A stretch of 63,276 bases of DNA, counting the filler, from Octopus bimaculoides (taxonomy: Eukaryota): the NCBI RefSeq assembly GCF_001194135.2. It is 5 parts of 5 records of this genome, joined end to end, with 100 filler letters (N's around TTAATTAATTAA, not from the genome) between each part and the next. Parts side by side here need not be neighbours in the genome. Positions count along the whole stretch, not along the records: positions 20,444 to 42,473 come from NC_068995.1; positions 42,574 to 59,518 come from NC_069005.1; 3 more parts are not named here. One strand, given 5' to 3'. The notes beneath the pieces are model-generated. The model made no database searches. It saw only the letters and a list, made by a program, of their open reading frames with translations, and was not told the DNA's origin. The position numbers were made by a program, and so were the translations under genes. This document shows positions 37,993 through 49,936 of the stretch, piece by piece; position 1 is the first letter of the stretch, and each line of letters starts with the position of its first letter.

Positions 37993-38783
37993 GTAAGGTC
38001 TTTTCTTCGTTTCATTGCATCTTTTTTTTTTTTAATTATATCTTTCGAACGGGAGACATTTATTTTAATCACGTTAAACAGAGACGTATTTAAGAAAATT
38101 CGAATTTGTGATTGGATTTGAAGAATCTGAACATTAATTAATGTTCGTTACTTTTATTAACCTCCCTGTTGGCAGTTCGTTTACTTTTGTTGTTTTTTGT
38201 GTTGGAGTACATAGTTGTCCTAAAATGTATTCAGTTGTTCTCTCAATTATAAACAGGCAATTAATTTTCCGTGTTTCGTAGACATAGCAAAGATATTCAT
38301 TCTACATCGTTTGGGGATGAATGAAACTGAAACTTATGTACTTCGTGCTCTTCTAAGAACATATAGTCAACTTCCACTGCTTTCCTGATGACTACTAATG
38401 TTGAAAGCTAGAGGTGTAATCAATTAAATCGAACACTGTACATTGCTAGAATGTAATTTATCAGCCCAGGAGTAACGAGTGGACCGAGTTAACTTTGGAA
38501 TGATCCGAAGCGAACACGAGCCATAATTAAAGACTGCAATGCATGTAACCCATCATTTCCCACATTTGCGACTTTATCATTCTGTAATAATAATGATGCC
38601 TGCAGTTTTGAAGATGAGAGATGTTCACTATATCGACCCCAGCACTTGGTGATAAGGATGCTTACGTATTGTTCCATTTATGCGATAGCAAAACTAAACG
38701 TTACAGATAAACTATAAAACAAAATTCGTCGGATGAGGAGACGTTGGGGTATTTGAAGATATACATCGAGTAAACTAAATCTC

Positions 38784-38980
38784 GGTACTACTAAAGCAGC
38801 ACGGTCCCGAACACGCAGTTGCGCGTCAGCTAGCTGTGAGTGGTCGATCCTAACTATAACCCTAACCCTAAACACGTATTCATTTGTACACGCGGGTTAG
38901 GGACAGGGCTAGGGTTAGGGTTAGGATCGACCACTCAAGACTAGCTAGCGCGTTCGGGACCGTGCTGCTTTAGTAGTACC
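38784..38980. mobile_element. 197-bp MITE, Merlin-like, with internal (TTAGGG)-like repeats
   Basis: Perfect 29-bp TIR GGTACTACTAAAGCAGCACGGTCCCGAAC; 9-bp TSD CTAAATCTC (38775-38783 and 38981-38989); GGTAC fits the Merlin 5'-GGNRM terminus, though MULEs also make 9-bp TSDs. Confidence 0.85.
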
Positions 38981-39360
38981 CTAAATCTCTTTATAAGCAC
39001 CCAATGGCAACTGCCCAGTCCCCATCTCAAATCTAAATAGCTTAGGTATACGACTTACTTAATGTTTCTTCTCACTCTAAATGCAAGCAACATTTTAGTT
39101 TGTCTCTCTCTCTCTCTCTCTCCACCTACGTCCACGCCTTTTTCCAACAACTTGCCCTGACGTGTGTGTATTATGTATGCATGTGTGTGTATGTATGTAT
39201 TGGGGTTTGTGTATAAATGGTTCAAACGTCAACAGCTGTCCGGACTTCGCTGACAGTTCAACTTGACATCCATACGAGAGAGAAAAAAAGAGTTAATCTA
39301 TTCTCGACAGTGTGTGACGATTCACGAACTAAAGAAGTCCATCCACTACATGAGTGTATA

Positions 39361-39850
39361 ATGTAATGCATATATGTATATGAAATATATGTAATGCATG
39401 CATGTATATAAAATATATGTAATGCATGTATGTATATAAAATATATGTAATGCATGTATGTATATAAAATATATGTAATGTATGTATATAAAATATATGT
39501 AATGCATGTATGTATATAAAATATATGTAATGCATGTATGTATATAAAATATATGTAATGTATGTATATAAAATATATGTAATGCATGTATGTATATAAA
39601 ATATATGTAATGCATGTATGTATATAAAATATATGTAATGCATGTATGTATATAAAATATATGTAATGTATGTATATAAAATATATGTAATGCATGTATG
39701 TATATTAAAATATATGTAATGCATGTATGTATATAAAATATATGTAATGCATGTATGTATATAAAATATATGTAATGCATGTATGTATATAAAATATATG
39801 TAATGCACGTATGCATATAAAATATATGTAATGCACGTATGCATATAAAA
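39361..39850. repeat. Minisatellite of 28-bp units (tatatgtaatgcatgtatgtatataaaa) with interspersed 24-bp variants
   Basis: About 18 units; 24-bp variants at 39470, 39550 and 39658. Confidence 0.97.
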
Positions 39851-40252
39851 TGTATATATGCAATGTATGTATGTGTATATATAAAGTTTATAGTAAAGTA
39901 TCGAATATAGTTGGTTATTTTTCGTTTACACACTGTAGGAAAAAATAAGCAGAAATAATACTTCAATACTTTCAAACGAAATATTGTTGTTTCTTATGAT
40001 TTTCTTATGCCTAGTTTCCATCCAATTTGTTCACTGTTGTTGCACCGATCACGTGTAACTATCACAAGCCGCTTAATTGCCTATTCTGGACGATCTAATT
40101 AGTTTGTTGTTAGTTTCGTTCGAGAAAGGTTCAGTACCCTCGGNNNNNNNNNNCGAGTGTTTTTATGGACGAAAATTGAAAATCATTTAAAAAAAAAAAA
40201 AAGACATCCCTGCGCATATATCAAGGGCCGCGAATTCCCGAGAGCCAAAGTT

Positions 40253-40297
40253 ATGGAAGAAAGAATTGAACGTCGGTGTAGTGATAGGTAATGACAG
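40253..40297 (+). CDS. Candidate uORF (MEERIERRCSDR*) overlapping a start exon end ATG ACA G|GTAAGA
   Basis: TAA at 40289-40291 overlaps ATG at 40291-40293; strong donor at 40298; the phase matches the exon at 53170. Confidence 0.4.
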
Positions 40298-40504
40298 GTA
40301 AGACGAGTGGAATTCAAGTGAAAGATAGCCTGCTAGCTCTGAGGAGCAAGTCGCTATAGTAAAAGAAAGTCAGATGTCTATGGGTTAGAACGTTGTTTCT
40401 CGAGAAGCGCATTCCAAACCGGCGAAGCATAACGATATTTTCGTGAGGTGTGCATTATTTCAGAATGAAGCATAAGTAAGAAATGAATAAAACTTTGCTA
40501 TAAT

Positions 40505-40800
40505 AGGCGCAGGCGTGGTTGTGTGGTAAGAAGTCTGCTTCCCAACCACAAGGTTCCGGGATCACTATAACGTCGATCCGACTAGAGCCTTGTGAGAGGA
40601 TTTGATAGACGGGAAGTGTAGGAAGCCCGTCGTGTGTGTTTGTTCCCTACCACCGCTTGACAACCGGTGTTGGTGTGTTTACGTGTCCGTAACTTAGCGG
40701 CTCAGCAAATCTGAGCGATAAATTCAGTACCTAGCTTAAAAATAAAATAAGTACCGGTGTCTATTAGAATAAAATTTCTGAAGGCGGTTCTCCAGCTGTC
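40505..40800 (+). mobile_element. SINE family A with internal deletions
   Basis: Head ggcgcaggcgtggttgtgtggtaag and body match. Confidence 0.87.
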
Positions 40801-41714
40801 CGCAAAGAAATACGCTATAAATTTAGTGTGTGGGGCGAATCGAAGCTGAGCTTTGAACAAAAATACTTTCAAGACAATTCAGTCGAATGACCCCCCCCCC
40901 NNNNNNNNNNNNNNNNNNNNNNNNNNNNNNNNNNNNNNNNNNNNNNNNNNNNNNNNNNNNNNNNNNNNNNNNNNNNNNNNNNNNNNNNNNNNNNNNNNNN
41001 NNNNNNNNNNNNNNNNNNNNNNNNNNNNNNNNNNNNNNNNNNNNNNNNNNNNNNNNNNNNNNNNNNNNNNNNNNNNNNNNNNNNNNNNNNNNNNNNNNNN
41101 NNNNNNNNNNNNNNNNNNNNNNNNNNNNNNNNNNNNNNNNNNNNNNNNNNNNNNNNNNNNNNNNNNNNNNNNNNNNNNNNNNNNNNNNNCCCCCCCCCCT
41201 CACCCCGCTTTCTCTGTATATGTTCTATTGTTTTTCAGAATTGTAATTTCCGTTGTTCGAAACACAGGAATAGTTTGTTTTTTTCCAATTTGTATGGAGT
41301 CTTATCCGAAACTCCGTTGGTTTTTTTTCTTTTTCTTTTCCTTTTATTTTTCTCTCAAGCAGCTGTCGTGACAACACGTATCTCACAGCTCGACCCCGAC
41401 ATGTGGTCGAAGTTCCTTTGGTATTCTAGCGGCATGCCTATTCACCCAGGAACTAAACGGCTCTACACCAACCTAGAATAAACTATGTTCTGCTGTTACC
41501 GTTATCCCTTGTGTTGTTGTATTTCTGGACGATCTAATTAATTGTTCAACATTTGTGATCTTAAAATCATAGTAGTGACAGTGGCAGGGTTGTCAGAGAT
41601 CTTTCACATGACTGACAACCTCCTAATTTTACCCCATACCGGCATATATGTCTGAAGGGTGCGTGGGTGGTAACACAAAACTTGTGGCATATCAAACAGC
41701 ATAATACCATCACG

Positions 41715-41746
<32 letters not shown>

Positions 41747-41747
<1 letters not shown>

Positions 41748-41878
41748 CTCAGAACTGCAACTCGTCGCCTGTATGTATTTACTTGTCGCTTGATCCGTCC
41801 ACCACCGTCCTGCGATTTGCTCTCCGACGCTAATCAACTTGTTAAAACTCTTCTCTCTCTTTTATAAACACTTCCGAC
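41747..41878 (-). promoter_or_regulatory. Candidate minus-strand core promoter and first exon
   Basis: On minus: CGGAAGTG (ETS-like), then TATAAAAG (41866-41859), CpG-rich sequence and donors caa|gtaaat and gag|gtgtgt. Confidence 0.3.
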
Positions 41879-42299
41879 ATCTTACGATCGTTATTTTATG
41901 CTTTTGCATGTAATTATCTATTTCTTTTAACTTGTAATTAGACAATTCGTACAATGTATGATCTAAAAATATTCTAAAATACAAGTAGACATATAACAGA
42001 CGGTTTATTGTTGCTGTAACACGTATACAAACTATCACTGGTGTGTTTAAACCCGTTTTCCTTTCTGTCAAATGCTCTCTTCTTCCTCCATCCCCCTCTA
42101 TAATATTATGTCTCTCTAACCTCCCCCGTTTTATTCTCTCCTTCTTCAGTCTCCTTCCTCACTCTCCCCCTCATCCCCCTCTCTCTCTTCATTTCATATA
42201 CAATCAGTTTCTCCTCTCCTACTTCTATCGTCAGCTCCAAAATTTAGTAAAACACTAGTCTTTATAGGTGTGTATATTACAGCTGTGTTTATGTGTGTT

Positions 42300-42473
42300 T
42301 ATATCATCATCGTCGTTTAACGTCCGCTTTCCAGGCGGTACTGGCAACGGCCACGCTCAAAATGGTGCATCTCATGTGCCACCCGCACAAGAGCCAGTTC
42401 AGGGGCACTGGCAACGATCTTACTTGGCTTGCCGGGTCTTCTCACGCACAGCACATTTCCAAAGGTTTCGGTC
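42300..42473 (-). mobile_element. Internally deleted RTE 3' end
   Basis: Tail motif joined to 3' UTR units and gcacagcacatttccaaagg. Confidence 0.82.
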
Positions 42474-42744
42474 NNNNNNNNNNNNNNNNNNNNNNNNNNN
42501 NNNNNNNNNNNNNNNNNTTAATTAATTAANNNNNNNNNNNNNNNNNNNNNNNNNNNNNNNNNNNNNNNNNNNNACCCAAACTGCATCTCATCTAAATTGA
42601 TTCGCTCCCTAATTAGTTGGGCTATGACCCTCTCTGTAACTTTCATAACCTGATCTAACAGCTTGATGCCTCTGTAATTATTTGTATCTAAAGCGTCACC
42701 TTTACCTTTGTAGCAGTTGATTATGATGCTGCTACACCAGTCAT

Positions 42745-42915
42745 ATATATATATACATATATACGACGCGCTTCTTTCAGTTTCCGTCTACCAAATCCAC
42801 TCACAAGGCTTTGGTCGGCCCGAGGCTATAGTAGAAGACACTTGCCCAAGGTGTCACACAGTGGGACTGAACCCACAACCATGTGGTTGGTAAGCAAGCT
42901 ACTTACCACTCCTGC
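42745..42915 (-). mobile_element. SINE family A, 5' half
   Basis: Reverse complement of the family A head and core. Confidence 0.9.
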
Positions 42916-43136
42916 TTGTATATTTTACTGTTGCATTTGTGAAAACAAACAAACAAACATATACACATTCATGATGGTCTTACAGGGTCCAAGTTGTTTG
43001 AATGCATGGCTGGTCATCGTATGGTTATAATGGCAGAATGGGTATTTGTGTACGAGTGCATGTTTGATATGCATATGGGTGCATTGGCTTGCATGTGTGT
43101 ATGTCTGTGTGTAGATGATTTTACATGTGGTTCCAG

Positions 43137-43178
<42 letters not shown>

Positions 43179-43983
43179 ACACGCATGCAGGAGGATGTGT
43201 GTATGGATGTGTGTGTGTGATATACTTCCTGCTGCCACCTGGGGATTAAAAAAATATTTATACCACAAGCAAAGGCTACCCTAAGGGGACGTTTGAAATT
43301 GATAGCATAAACTTGTCATAGACATCAACATATTGTCTTGCTTCACTTCCTGATATCTGCTACTCATTATTTCTACTGTATTTATTAATTACTGCCATTA
43401 TTATTTTTGTTATCATTTGAGCCTTCATCGCCTTGGGGTTATTTAATTTTCTTCTCTCTACTTTGTATGTGCATGTATATATATGAGGGTGTATGTGTGT
43501 CTGCTTGAATATGTATGAAGGGAGAATGGCCTCCAAAAACCTCTTTGCATCAACCTTTCATCTATCGCTTATTGACACCATCCTACTAAACACTTTGTCA
43601 CCCTCTATTCTGCCCTGCCAGTGATGTTGAATGTAATTTTCATAGCTGGAATGTATTAGGACAAGCATGCCACTGAGCTTTGTATTTTTTGCTATGAATG
43701 CTGGGGAAGTGAATTAATTGTATTACACCATGTGGCTAAATGCTTTATGTAGTAATCCTTTCTACTTTATATTATAAAAACTATTATAATGTCATGTGGA
43801 TAATTCATATTTTTCAAATAGTTGAAAAATATGGATTCTTCATGTGACATTGTAATTGTTTTATAATTTGTTCCAGAACTATCCAGGGAAATATTATAAC
43901 CACCAGTATATTAATTTACAACCCTTTGATCTTCAACCACTTTGATNNNNNNNNNNATATATATATATATATATATATATATG

Positions 43984-44316
43984 AAGGTGCAGGGTGCAGT
44001 GGTTAGAGCGTCAATCTTATGACTGTGAGGTTGTGAGTGTGAATCCCGGACCAGGCTGTGTGTTATGTTCTTGAGCAAGACACTTTATTTCATGTTGCTC
44101 CAGTTCACTCAGCTGTAGAAATGAGTTGTGACATCACTGGTGCCAAGCTGTGTCAGCCTTTGCCTTTCCCTTGGATAACATTAGTGGCATGGAGAGGAGA
44201 GGCTGGTATGCATGGGTGACTGCTGATCTTCCATAAACAATCTTGCCCAGACTTGTGCTTTGGAGGGTCACTTTCTAGGTGCAATCCATGGTCATTCGTG
44301 ACTGAAGGGGGTCTCT
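43984..44316 (+). mobile_element. SINE family B, full length
   Basis: Collinear with 17292-17603. Confidence 0.92.
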
Positions 44317-44332
44317 CCATATATATATACTC

Positions 44333-44539
44333 TTTTACTCTTTTACTTGTTTCAGTCCTTTGACTGCGGCCATGCTGGAGCACCGCCTTTTAGTCAAGCA
44401 AACCGACCCCAGGACTTATTCTTTAGAAGCCTAGTACTTATTCTATCAATCTCTTTTGCCGAACCGCTAAGTTACGGAGACAGAAACACACCAGCGTCGG
44501 TTGTCAAGCGATGTTGGGGGGACAAACACACACATACAA

Positions 44540-44570
<31 letters not shown>

Positions 44571-44742
44571 CATATATACGACGGGCTTCTTTCAGTTTCC
44601 GTCTACCAAATCCACTCACAAGGCTTTGGTCGGCCCGAGCCTATAGTAGAAGACACTTGCCCAAGATGCCACGCAGTGGGACTGAACCCGGGACCATGTG
44701 GTTGGTAAGCTAGCTACTTACCACACAGCCACTCTTACGCCT
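44333..44742 (-). mobile_element. SINE family A, full length, little decayed
   Basis: Retains most CpGs; tail-to-tail with the SINE B copy. Confidence 0.95.
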
Positions 44743-44850
44743 GTATATATATATGTCTGCTGTTCTGTTCTTGGTGGAATAAATAAAAAAGTACTCCATC
44801 CAGTGAGAGCTAATGGTAATTTAATAAACACACGATTCAAATCTAAGCTT

Positions 44851-45023
44851 CTATAAGTCTTATGCTCTGATCTGATAGTACAATAGTCAGAAGAGCTTGT
44901 AAGTGTGCTGTGCATTATCCTGCAATCTTTGAGGCTCAAAATAGCTAAAAAGATCGCAGGATAGTACATGGCATGCTTGCAAGTTCATTTGATTACTGTA
45001 CTATCAGAGCATGAAACTTATAG
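44851..45023. repeat. Foldback palindrome (~78-bp arms), decayed MITE-like
   Basis: ctataagtcttatgctctg...tatcctgcaatcttt pairs with aaagatcgcaggatag...cagagcatgaaacttatag. Confidence 0.85.
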
Positions 45024-47631
45024 TCACTCATATTTAAATCCTGTGTTTATTAAATGATATATATATACATATATGTGTGTGTGTGTGTATTATCTGTCTA
45101 TCTCTTTCTTGTTGACAAAACATACTTGTGTGTGTGCATGCATGCAAACACACACACTTTGTGGAGCATGCACAGATATTAAAACAACATTAACATCTTT
45201 TGAACTTACTGACTCCACCACATCCAACGTCCTTATGAAAAGCTGTCACTTTACTTGACTTTACACATCTTCCCCGCCCTTATTTTCTCTCTCTCACTTC
45301 ACCTTATAAAAACACATGCTTCTCTCTCTTTAAACTTCACCCCTTCTTCACATGGTCCTCACTTCTAGTTACTAACCTTCAGCAAATTAAACACTAAATG
45401 CACTGAGTTTGACTCACCTCCACTCCATCCCGTCCGTTACATATCACTGCTAGAGCTACTGTCATCACCACCACCCTCACCATGGCTTTTGTTGCCATCA
45501 CCATCACCGAAACCATTACCATCACCAAAGCCATAATCACCATCACTTTTGCTGTACTCCTCACCACTACCACCACTACCATCACCATCTCTCACATGCC
45601 AACATTATCATTACCACCACCACCACCACCACCACCACCATCACCATGATCAATATAGTCATAATATCAGTTCGCATATCGTAAGCTTTTGGCACAGCCC
45701 TTCCTCTAAAAGAGGAAGAGAAAAACTAAAGCACTTAGATGTGCATTCATGCACGTGCATCTACACATNNNNNNNNNNNNNNNNNNNNNNNNNNNNNNNN
45801 NNNNNNNNNNNNNNNNNNNNNNNNNNNNNNNNNNNNNNNNNNNNNNNNNNNNNNNNNNNNNNNNNNNNNNNNNNNNNNNNNNNNNNNNNNNNNNNNNNNN
45901 NNNNNNNNNNNNNNNNNNNNNNNNNNNNNNNNNNNNNNNNNNNNNNNNNNNNNNNNNNNNNNNNNNNNNNNNNNNNNNNNNNNNNNNNNNNNNNNNNNNN
46001 NNNNNNNNNNNNNNNNNNNNNNNNNNNNNNNNNNNNNNNNNNNNNNNNNNNNNNNNNNNNNNNNNNNNNNNNNNNNNNNNNNNNNNNNNNNNNNNNNNNN
46101 NNNNNNNNTATATATATATATGTATACGCATCCACACACACACACACATACATATGCATATACACAAAAGCATCCACTTATATATACACCGAAATACCTA
46201 TTTATATATATATATATATCTAGGGCCTTTCCCATTCAGTGTGAGGCAGCGGTGTTCCCAAATGCCCAGTCACAGATGTTGGACCGAGTGAGACCCTGGG
46301 TTGTTACCAGGTCCCAGGAAGGCGACCATCTTGCATCTGCCATCAATGTGCAGGTGTGGACTAGTTTTACCAAAACCTGCTCCCACCATCCTTATCCCAT
46401 TTCCATTGGGCTTTTGTAGAAAAAAAGGTGGTGGTGTAGAGTTGGATCAAAAAGAAACCTGCCAATGGCATGAGTTTGTTTAGGTTGGAGATCTCCTTGC
46501 CAAGGGGTTCCCATGCACTATGACCCCAAATCCTTCTGCTGCAGCACCACCTGGAATGACATGCAAGGTCTAGAAGATGGGTAGTAATGGAATGCCACTA
46601 GCTCCAATGTCACCAGAGCTGTTCCTTTCTAGCCAGTCCATTTGGCATTGCCCTCTTCCACAAGGATCAATTGTTGAGTTTGGAGATCTAGCTTCCTCTG
46701 CTTGATCTACCATTGGGGTCTTAGTTTGGTGTGGTAAGGGATAAGGACAGCACTCCTGTGCCCTTGTTCGAACAGATCTTGCTTTTAGTTTTGATGGGTG
46801 CCCTCACACCCTCCTTTTCAAGATCCAGCAAGCTGAACCAAAAGGGGAGCTGGTTTAGTTGTCAACGACCCAACCATGACTGAGATGAGTGGGAGTACAT
46901 AGTTATCTGTTGTCTCCAGGAAGAGACCTCAGCACCATTGACACACGCACACGCACACACGCACACACACACACACACACACACGCACAATTCTCTGCAT
47001 TGTTTGTTTACGTATGAGTTCAAAAACATAAGGGGGGTTCAATACATGCATGTAGTGAAAGAATGTGTATAAATCTATGTTTATATATAATATTGGGTAT
47101 CCTACAAGATTCTCCTCTGACATGGAGACAGATGAACCATGATCAAAGGTGAGCTGTATGGAATGTTGTCAGGGCTGAAAACTGCCAGTTTCTGGAATTT
47201 CTTCATGCTGGAGTTGTGTAGCTAACGAGAGGTACTAGCTAAGTTGTGAGAGGTGCTGATCAACTAGTGAATGATACTAACTAGACANNNNNNNNNNGAG
47301 AGGTGCTGATCAACTAGTGAATGATACTAACTAGACAGTGAGCTGTATTAAGTAACAAAGTACTTATAATTACTGAGACTTATTACTACTGTATGGACCA
47401 GGTACTGTTGAGTGGAATTTGTGAAGAAATATTAAAAAAACAAATTAAGCAAAAAGCAAGTTTATTGTTGGCCTTAAAAATTACATGTAAACAGCTTTGC
47501 TACATTTCAAACTGTAATAACATTATTGCTTTATTATATAACTATTATATATCAATGGAATAAACATACATGTATATTTTTACACACACACACATACATA
47601 TCCACACATGTGTGTATGTAGACATTTGTAG

Positions 47632-47676
<45 letters not shown>

Positions 47677-48267
47677 TGGGTACTTCCACAAACATAATTT
47701 TCCCCCTATACATTAGCAACATATCCTGACTGAGAATTGGTACAAGGTTATGTTACCATTGCTTCTTCCACTCTTTCTTATTCATACACACACACACACA
47801 TATACACACACATATACACACACATGTACACACACACACACACGCACACATTCTTGTTGTGCATATTGTCCTTCCCCAACTTTTAAAGAAAGATTAAAAC
47901 TTAGAAAAGTAACAAAATAAAGAATGAGCAGGAAAAAAAAAAGGATTATTGAAATAACTTTTAAATATCTACAAGAGAAATACCAAACAGTATAAAATGA
48001 GTGAAATTTGAAAAGGCATTGATTTTCTATTCTAGTTGCATGTGGACAATATTTCCTTAATTTATTTAACACTTTAGCATTTAAACTGGCCATATCTGGC
48101 CAAAATATTCTGTTTTATGTTCAGACTGGCCAGATCCAGCTTCTTACACCTACCCTACAATGTCGTTATAAAAATAAACAATTACATCTTCGAAATCTTG
48201 AAGCTACTAAATAATCGTGGTTAATTCAAAACAATGTGAGTGAGGAAGCATTACGTTTATCTTTTAT

Positions 48268-48401
48268 CTTTTACTTGTTTCAGTCATTAGACTGTGACCA
48301 TGCTGGGGCGATGCCTTGAAGAATTTTTAGTCCAATGAATTGACCCCTGTACTTATGTTATGTGGATGTAAACACACCAACACTGGCTGACAAGTAGTGG
48401 T

Positions 48402-48500
<99 letters not shown>

Positions 48501-48660
48501 TGACAGGCTTCCAGTTTCTGTCTACCAAGTCCACTCACAAGGCTTTGGTCAACCCAGGATTATAGTAGAAGACACTTACCCATAGTGCCACGCAGTAGGA
48601 CTGAACCCAGAACTATGTGGTTAGGAAGCAAGCCTCTTACCACACAGCCACACCTACACC
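48268..48660 (-). mobile_element. SINE family A with an expanded internal (CA)n of about 90 bp
   Basis: Head and tail intact around a pure CA run at about 48405-48496. Confidence 0.9.
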
Positions 48661-48909
48661 TATCTTTGACAGTAATCTCAATGCTAAGCCTATAAATTGC
48701 TATAATAATATTGTAATAATTGTGGAAGTCAGTGTAAGTTAGATTGGTTGGCAGAAGTGACATTGAAGTGAAGCTAAGTGTAATGACGAAGACAAGAAAA
48801 TTGAATGGGGTTAATTACAATGAATGAAGGCAATAGGTTTTGAGCAAGGATGGTGTGGAAAATGAGCAAGAAAAGCTGCATTTTATTAAAATATATTTTT
48901 TATATGTAG

Positions 48910-49050
48910 TTAAGTCTGTGTGGTCACAGAGTGACCGATGGTTTTGCATCCACAAAGGGCTTAGCCCCATGGATAGTTCGTCAGTCCATGGGGCAAAGCC
49001 CTTTGTGGATGTGAAACCATTGTTCACTCTATGGCCAGACATAGACTTAA
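48910..49050. repeat. 141-bp foldback with TTAA at both ends (arms 64/66 bp, 11-nt loop)
   Basis: 8 substitutions and one 2-nt indel between the arms. Confidence 0.92.
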
Positions 49051-49120
49051 TTACATATAAATACATTATTGCTCTATACTTTAGTGTGTGCTTCTCTTTC
49101 AGATGTGTGATGCATTGATG

Positions 49121-49151
<31 letters not shown>

Positions 49152-49163
49152 NNNNNNNNNNAT

Positions 49164-49192
<29 letters not shown>

Positions 49193-49197
<5 letters not shown>

Positions 49198-49441
49198 AAA
49201 TAAGTAATAAGGATGTACAGGTGTCAATACATTACAGCTGTTTCAAGTGGCTCCATTTAATTGATCAATGAAGACATTGCATCAATTTGAAAGAAACTGC
49301 TCTCTTCAGATGCAGATGATCATATAGAGGAGAGCGGTTTCATTCAAATTGATGTAATGTTTTCATTGATCAATTAAATGGAACCACTTGAAATGGCTGT
49401 AATGTATTGACACCTGTACATCCTTGTTACTTATCTACGTT
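49193..49441. repeat. 249-bp foldback element (115-bp arms, about 90% identical)
   Basis: 11 arm mismatches; a related sequence at about 31735-31800 indicates a dispersed family. Confidence 0.95.
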
Positions 49442-49609
49442 TTGTCACATAACTTGCAGCTGTGTGGACTATACCGAACTGGCAAGGTGCTTCAATTTAA
49501 GTATCTAATTCAACTGAATCTTTTATATATAAATATATATATATATATATATTTACGGAGATGTACTTGCATAGCAAGTGACCTGATCTGAGATCGTGTG
49601 CTGGAACAA

Positions 49610-49899
49610 AAACAGTTGCAGCGTGGAAGGTGTTTATAAGCCATTTAAGAAACACACAAAAACTGTTAGGTTTACTTCAACATTTAAATTTAATTTGCCA
49701 AAATATTTTCGTTGCTTTGAGACCGCGACATGTTCACTGACAAAATTCCTTGCTGCATCACAGAATTTTATCTGAACAGGTCGCGGTCTCAAAGCGACGA
49801 AAATATTATGGCAAATTAAATTTAAATGTTGAAGTAAACCTAACGGTTTTTGTGTGTTTCTTATATGGCTTATAAACACCTTCCATGCTGCAACTGTTT
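49610..49899. repeat. 290-bp foldback element (139/137-bp arms, about 95% identical)
   Basis: 7 substitutions and one 2-nt indel; right end abuts (TA)n. Confidence 0.95.
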
Positions 49900-49936
49900 A
49901 TATATATATATATATATATATACATATTGAAATTGG

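Noticed and set aside
38849-38925. Interstitial telomere or fusion site
   Set aside because: The repeats lie inside a TIR/TSD-bounded MITE.
39258-39975. Long ORFs of 145-209 aa
   Set aside because: They are translations of the 28/24-bp minisatellite.
46220-46930. GC-richer segment, possibly a LINE ORF1 or 5' region
   Set aside because: No diagnostic motif could be read in any frame.
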